Positions 42,366 to 45,472 of a DNA stretch of 45,472 bases are shown in pieces. The notes beneath the pieces are model-generated. The model was not told where the DNA came from, ran no database searches, and saw nothing but the letters and a program-made list of their open reading frames with translations. How positions within the stretch are numbered: position 1 is the first letter of the stretch; each line of letters begins with the position of its first letter. The position numbers were made by a program, and so were the translations under genes. The DNA is from Candidatus Fermentibacteraceae bacterium (lineage in GTDB: Bacteria > Fermentibacterota > Fermentibacteria > Fermentibacterales > JCC-6): positions 1-45,472 of the forward strand of contig JAGGYZ010000329.1 in the NCBI GenBank assembly GCA_021162285.1. The letters are read 5' to 3'.

Positions 42366-43688
42366 ATGATCTGTGCCGTCATTTCTGCTCTGTTGTCTAT
42401 TGTTCCGTCTTCCGGGGAGGCTCTTGAAGCCATGCTGGAAGAACATCCGTTCCCTGCTGCCCAGGAAGCTGTGCTTATAGAGTACGGTGACCGGTTTCTT
42501 GTGCCTGAAAGCCCTTCTCTTGTGAAAGCAGCTGTTCTGCGGCAGTTTCACCGGATGGCATTTCAGCTTCAGCCCGAGCCTGTCAGCAGTCTTGCAGATT
42601 ACATAACAGAGAACTGGAGTTCCCTGGATACAGAAACAAAGAATCTCTGGAGAGAGTTTGCTGGAAGAACCGGGCTCATGGTACCGGCAGAAGCTGTCTC
42701 AGGTGAAAACCTCACTTCCATTCTTCGTTACTGTTCGGAAACCGGCAGTACAGTTCCTGAAGTGAACACAGGGAATCTCACAGATCTGCAGCGCTTTTAC
42801 TACACACTGGCTCTTCCACCGGACCAGTCTCTTCAATTCATTGAAGACCCCGGCTGGGCTGTAAGAAATGCAGTGCTTCAGAATAATCCCGGCGCTGCTT
42901 TTGAGATGCTTGATGACCCTTCACCTTACGTAAGAATGAATGCGGCACTTGCAGCCGGCCGCGATGACCTGCTTCTTGAAATGGCATCTGCAGACGGCCC
43001 TCTGGGACATATGTCTCTGGCTGGCGTAGGGCAGGTTCCAATACTGGAAGATTCCCTTTTCAACAGCGATGATCCTGCAAAACGGGTTTCAGCCCTGTTA
43101 ACTCTTCTCGATCTGGGATGGACTGTTCCCCAGACGAAAGTTGATTATCTGCTCACAGATGACTATGTAATGGTAAGAGCAATAGTCGCAGATGCCACAG
43201 GTAGAAACTTCGCAATGCCGGAAGAGGGAGATCTTCCAGAGGAAGCACCTGCTCTGCTGGATGTACCAGACCGCCTTGTGCTGGTTACCGACGCAGGAGA
43301 TTTTACAATGACCCTGCTGAAGGAAGCTGCCCCTGTAACCTGCAGAAGTTTCTGGTACCTTGCCGAAACAGGTTTTTACAACGGAATCTATTTCCACCGG
43401 GTTATTCCGGGATTTGTTGCCCAGGCAGGCTGTCCGGAAGGCAATGGATACGGCGGGCCTGGCTATACAATACCGGCGGAAAACAACACCGTTCCCTACC
43501 GGAGAGGCATTGTTGGCATGGCGGACTCCGGTCTTGATACAGGAGGAAGCCAGTTCTTTATAATGCTTGACAGTCAGAGACGACTGGACTGCCGTTACAC
43601 GGTTTTTGCCTCTGTAGACAACACAGACAATCTGGATAACATTGAGGTTGGAACAAGGATACTTGAAATTCATATGATAAATCCTTAG
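42366..43688 (+). CDS. HEAT-like repeat domain fused to a cyclophilin-type peptidyl-prolyl cis-trans isomerase
   Basis: C-terminal 150 aa: FWYLAETGFYNGIYFHRVIPGFVAQAGCP..GGPGYTIPAE..RGIVGMADSGLDTGGSQFFIML. N-terminal ~290 aa carries HEAT-like units (DPGWAVRNAVL, DPSPYVRMNAALA, DDPAKRVSAL, DDYVMVRAIVA). Confidence 0.85.
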   Translation: MICAVISALLSIVPSSGEALEAMLEEHPFPAAQEAVLIEYGDRFLVPESPSLVKAAVLRQFHRMAFQLQPEPVSSLADYITENWSSLDTETKNLWREFAGRTGLMVPAEAVSGENLTSILRYCSETGSTVPEVNTGNLTDLQRFYYTLALPPDQSLQFIEDPGWAVRNAVLQNNPGAAFEMLDDPSPYVRMNAALAAGRDDLLLEMASADGPLGHMSLAGVGQVPILEDSLFNSDDPAKRVSALLTLLDLGWTVPQTKVDYLLTDDYVMVRAIVADATGRNFAMPEEGDLPEEAPALLDVPDRLVLVTDAGDFTMTLLKEAAPVTCRSFWYLAETGFYNGIYFHRVIPGFVAQAGCPEGNGYGGPGYTIPAENNTVPYRRGIVGMADSGLDTGGSQFFIMLDSQRRLDCRYTVFASVDNTDNLDNIEVGTRILEIHMINP

Positions 43689-43734
43689 GATTGCCGGAGC
43701 AAAACAATATTAACCATTCAGCGGAGAGCATTAC

Positions 43735-44685
43735 ATGACGCACAAAAAAGTACTTGTGACCGGTGCCATGGGGCAGATTGGCAGTGAGCTGACCGGTGTG
43801 TTGAGAAGGAAGTATGGCCGGGAGAATGTAGTTGCAACGGACATTCGTAAACCTGAAGGGGTTCTTGCGGGATCAGGCCCCTGTGATGTGCTTGATGTTA
43901 CAGATAAAACCGCAGTTTTTACCATGCTGCAAAAGTACGGAATAAACACGGTTTACCACATGGCAGCCATTCTAAGTGCAACCGGAGAGAAACACCCTGC
44001 TTTGTGCTGGAATGTAAACATGAATGGCTCAATAAACATCATGGATGCCGCAGTAGAGCTTGGTCTGGAAACGGTTATAATTCCCAGCTCCATAGCAGCT
44101 TTCGGGCCGGAAACACCCAGATTCAACACACCCCAGGAGACGATTTTGCGCCCGAGAACGATGTATGGTGTAACGAAAGTGTGTGGCGAACTGCTTGGAG
44201 ACTACTACGTGAAAAGATTCGGTGTGGATATCCGTGGTGTGCGCTATCCGGGAATCATCAGTTCTGAAACTCTTCCCGGAGGCGGCACAACAGACTATGC
44301 CGTGGACATATTCTACAAAGCAGTGGAAGAAGGTACTTACACCTGTTTTGTTAAAGAGGATACAAAACTGCCAATGATGTACATGCCTGATTGTATCAAA
44401 GCCACAATTGATCTGGCGGAAGCGGATAAAGAGTCTCTGGTTCACAGCTGCGAATACAACCTGGCTGCACTTTCATTTACCGCCGGCGAGCTTGCTGCGG
44501 AGATAAGAAAGCATGTGCCCGGATTTGAGGTCACCTATGAGCCGGATTTCCGCCAGGCCATCGCGGATACATGGCCAGCGACAATCGATGATTCGGCTGC
44601 CAGAAACGAATGGGGCTGGCAACCGGATTGGAACCTTGAAAACATGACAATGGATATGCTTGAGAAGCTGAGAGCTAAAATCTGA
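43735..44685 (+). CDS. tdh: L-threonine 3-dehydrogenase, SDR / NAD-dependent epimerase-like type
   Basis: Motifs: KVLVTGAMGQIGSEL..ATDIRKP, the catalytic YGVTK block, and RGVRYPGIIS. The length (316 aa) and the kbl gene nearby fit the SDR-type TDH family. Confidence 0.8.
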   Translation: MTHKKVLVTGAMGQIGSELTGVLRRKYGRENVVATDIRKPEGVLAGSGPCDVLDVTDKTAVFTMLQKYGINTVYHMAAILSATGEKHPALCWNVNMNGSINIMDAAVELGLETVIIPSSIAAFGPETPRFNTPQETILRPRTMYGVTKVCGELLGDYYVKRFGVDIRGVRYPGIISSETLPGGGTTDYAVDIFYKAVEEGTYTCFVKEDTKLPMMYMPDCIKATIDLAEADKESLVHSCEYNLAALSFTAGELAAEIRKHVPGFEVTYEPDFRQAIADTWPATIDDSAARNEWGWQPDWNLENMTMDMLEKLRAKI

Positions 44686-44770
44686 TTCCTGTGCTGTCCC
44701 CAGGCTACCTGCAGGACTTTGTATCGGTTATTGTGCTACCTGGGGTTTAACTGCGCTACAGGAGATACAA

Positions 44771-45472
44771 TTGAATACACATGTTCAGCAGCAACTGTTC
44801 TTCGGCAGAGAGAAAGAGCTGTCGGAGCTGTCCCGGAAACTCATGGAGCCGGGATGCACCGTTTTAACCATTACCGGAATAGGCGGAGTTGGTAAAACAT
44901 CCACAGCTATGAAACTTGCTGAAGATCTGCAGTTCCGCTTTGATGATGGAGTGTATTTTGTTCCCCTTTCCGGTCTGGAGCACTCCGGGCAGGTTGCACC
45001 GGCAATAGCGTCAAAACTGGGTCTGAGAATATCCGGCGGAAGTTTTGCCAGACAGCTTAAGGATATCCTGAAACAAAAGAACCTGCTTCTGGTACTCGAT
45101 AACTTCGAGCATCTGATCAGTGCATCGTCACTTGTTGAAGAAATAGGGCTTGCCTCGGAACAGGTAAAGATGCTTGTTACTTCCAGAACAAGACTGAACA
45201 TTGCCGGCGAATTTGTCTATGAGCTGTCAGGCATGACTATCCCGGAAGAGGATACTCATGAGATTCTTCTATCTTCACCGCCGGTGAGGCTGTTTCTGTC
45301 CAATCCGGATGTTGACGGGAAACTTGACCTTGACGACATGAAAACTGTTGTTCAGATATGCAGGTCGGTTAACGGTGTACCGCTGGGGATCGTTCTGGCA
45401 TCATCCTGGCTTATCGAAATGACACCTCTGGAAATACTGCGCCGGATTTCCGAAACAGAAGATCTTCTTAAC
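44771..45472 (+). CDS. NB-ARC / STAND-class P-loop NTPase, 3' end runs off the window (absent from the supplied ORF track)
   Basis: My own translation of frame 2 is open to the window end, from a TTG start at 44771 with GGAGA 6 nt upstream. Motifs: FFGREKELSEL, P-loop TITGIGGVGKTS, Walker B LLLVLDNFEH, MLVTSR, and a GxP-type motif NGVPLGI. Confidence 0.8.
   Translation, partial: MNTHVQQQLFFGREKELSELSRKLMEPGCTVLTITGIGGVGKTSTAMKLAEDLQFRFDDGVYFVPLSGLEHSGQVAPAIASKLGLRISGGSFARQLKDILKQKNLLLVLDNFEHLISASSLVEEIGLASEQVKMLVTSRTRLNIAGEFVYELSGMTIPEEDTHEILLSSPPVRLFLSNPDVDGKLDLDDMKTVVQICRSVNGVPLGIVLASSWLIEMTPLEILRRISETEDLLN

Noticed and set aside
44785-45201. 138-aa minus-strand ORF from the track
   Set aside because: It lies antisense to a plus-strand frame that carries unmistakable NB-ARC P-loop and Walker B motifs. 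Its Ser/Cys/Arg-rich sequence has no features of its own, so it is a shadow ORF.
1-45472. CRISPR arrays, IS elements, transposases, integrases, prophage genes, rRNA and tRNA genes
   Set aside because: I found no regularly spaced direct repeats, no transposase, integrase or phage-like ORFs, and no rRNA or tRNA signatures in any intergenic region I read. The only clear DNA-level repeat is the intragenic duplication at 1913-2473.

Overview
This is a gene-dense 45.5 kb bacterial window of roughly 50% GC, probably from an uncultivated diderm lineage. The diderm call rests on many lipobox-type signal peptides, Slt/MltD-type lytic transglycosylases and a PpiD-like chaperone; I cannot assign a phylum from sequence alone. 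I support 38 protein-coding genes, and found no rRNA, tRNA, CRISPR array, IS element or integrase.

Most of the window is housekeeping:
- GGDEF-amidohydrolase-nadC-coaX-coaC-mtnA, a run of genes with overlapping stops and starts
- dnaK-dnaJ
- mutS2-dnaG-sigma70
- a BtuF/FecB-type ABC importer
- an SLC12/CCC-type cation-chloride transporter
- a PpiD-like chaperone, holA and asd
- kbl and an SDR-type tdh
- a ThiC-family radical-SAM gene
- a HEAT-cyclophilin fusion

The stand-out region is 838-5442 on the minus strand. Six tandem paralogous genes encode secreted or lipobox-type proteins built from 11 copies of a ~90-aa, very acidic, Trp-rich module that I cannot match to any named family. The array sits between the 3' end of a histidine kinase gene and a divergently transcribed, sensor-less GGDEF gene.

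Other regions worth a second look:
- A four-gene envelope operon (29025-37603) in which two lytic transglycosylases bracket a signal-less 1182-aa helical protein and a coiled-coil/TPR protein.
- A wHTH + degenerate nucleotidyltransferase regulator paired with a 410-aa orphan protein (39051-40978), lying between kbl and tdh.
- An NB-ARC/STAND NTPase that runs off the 3' edge and is missing from the ORF track.

All domain calls come from motif recognition by eye. No database search was run.
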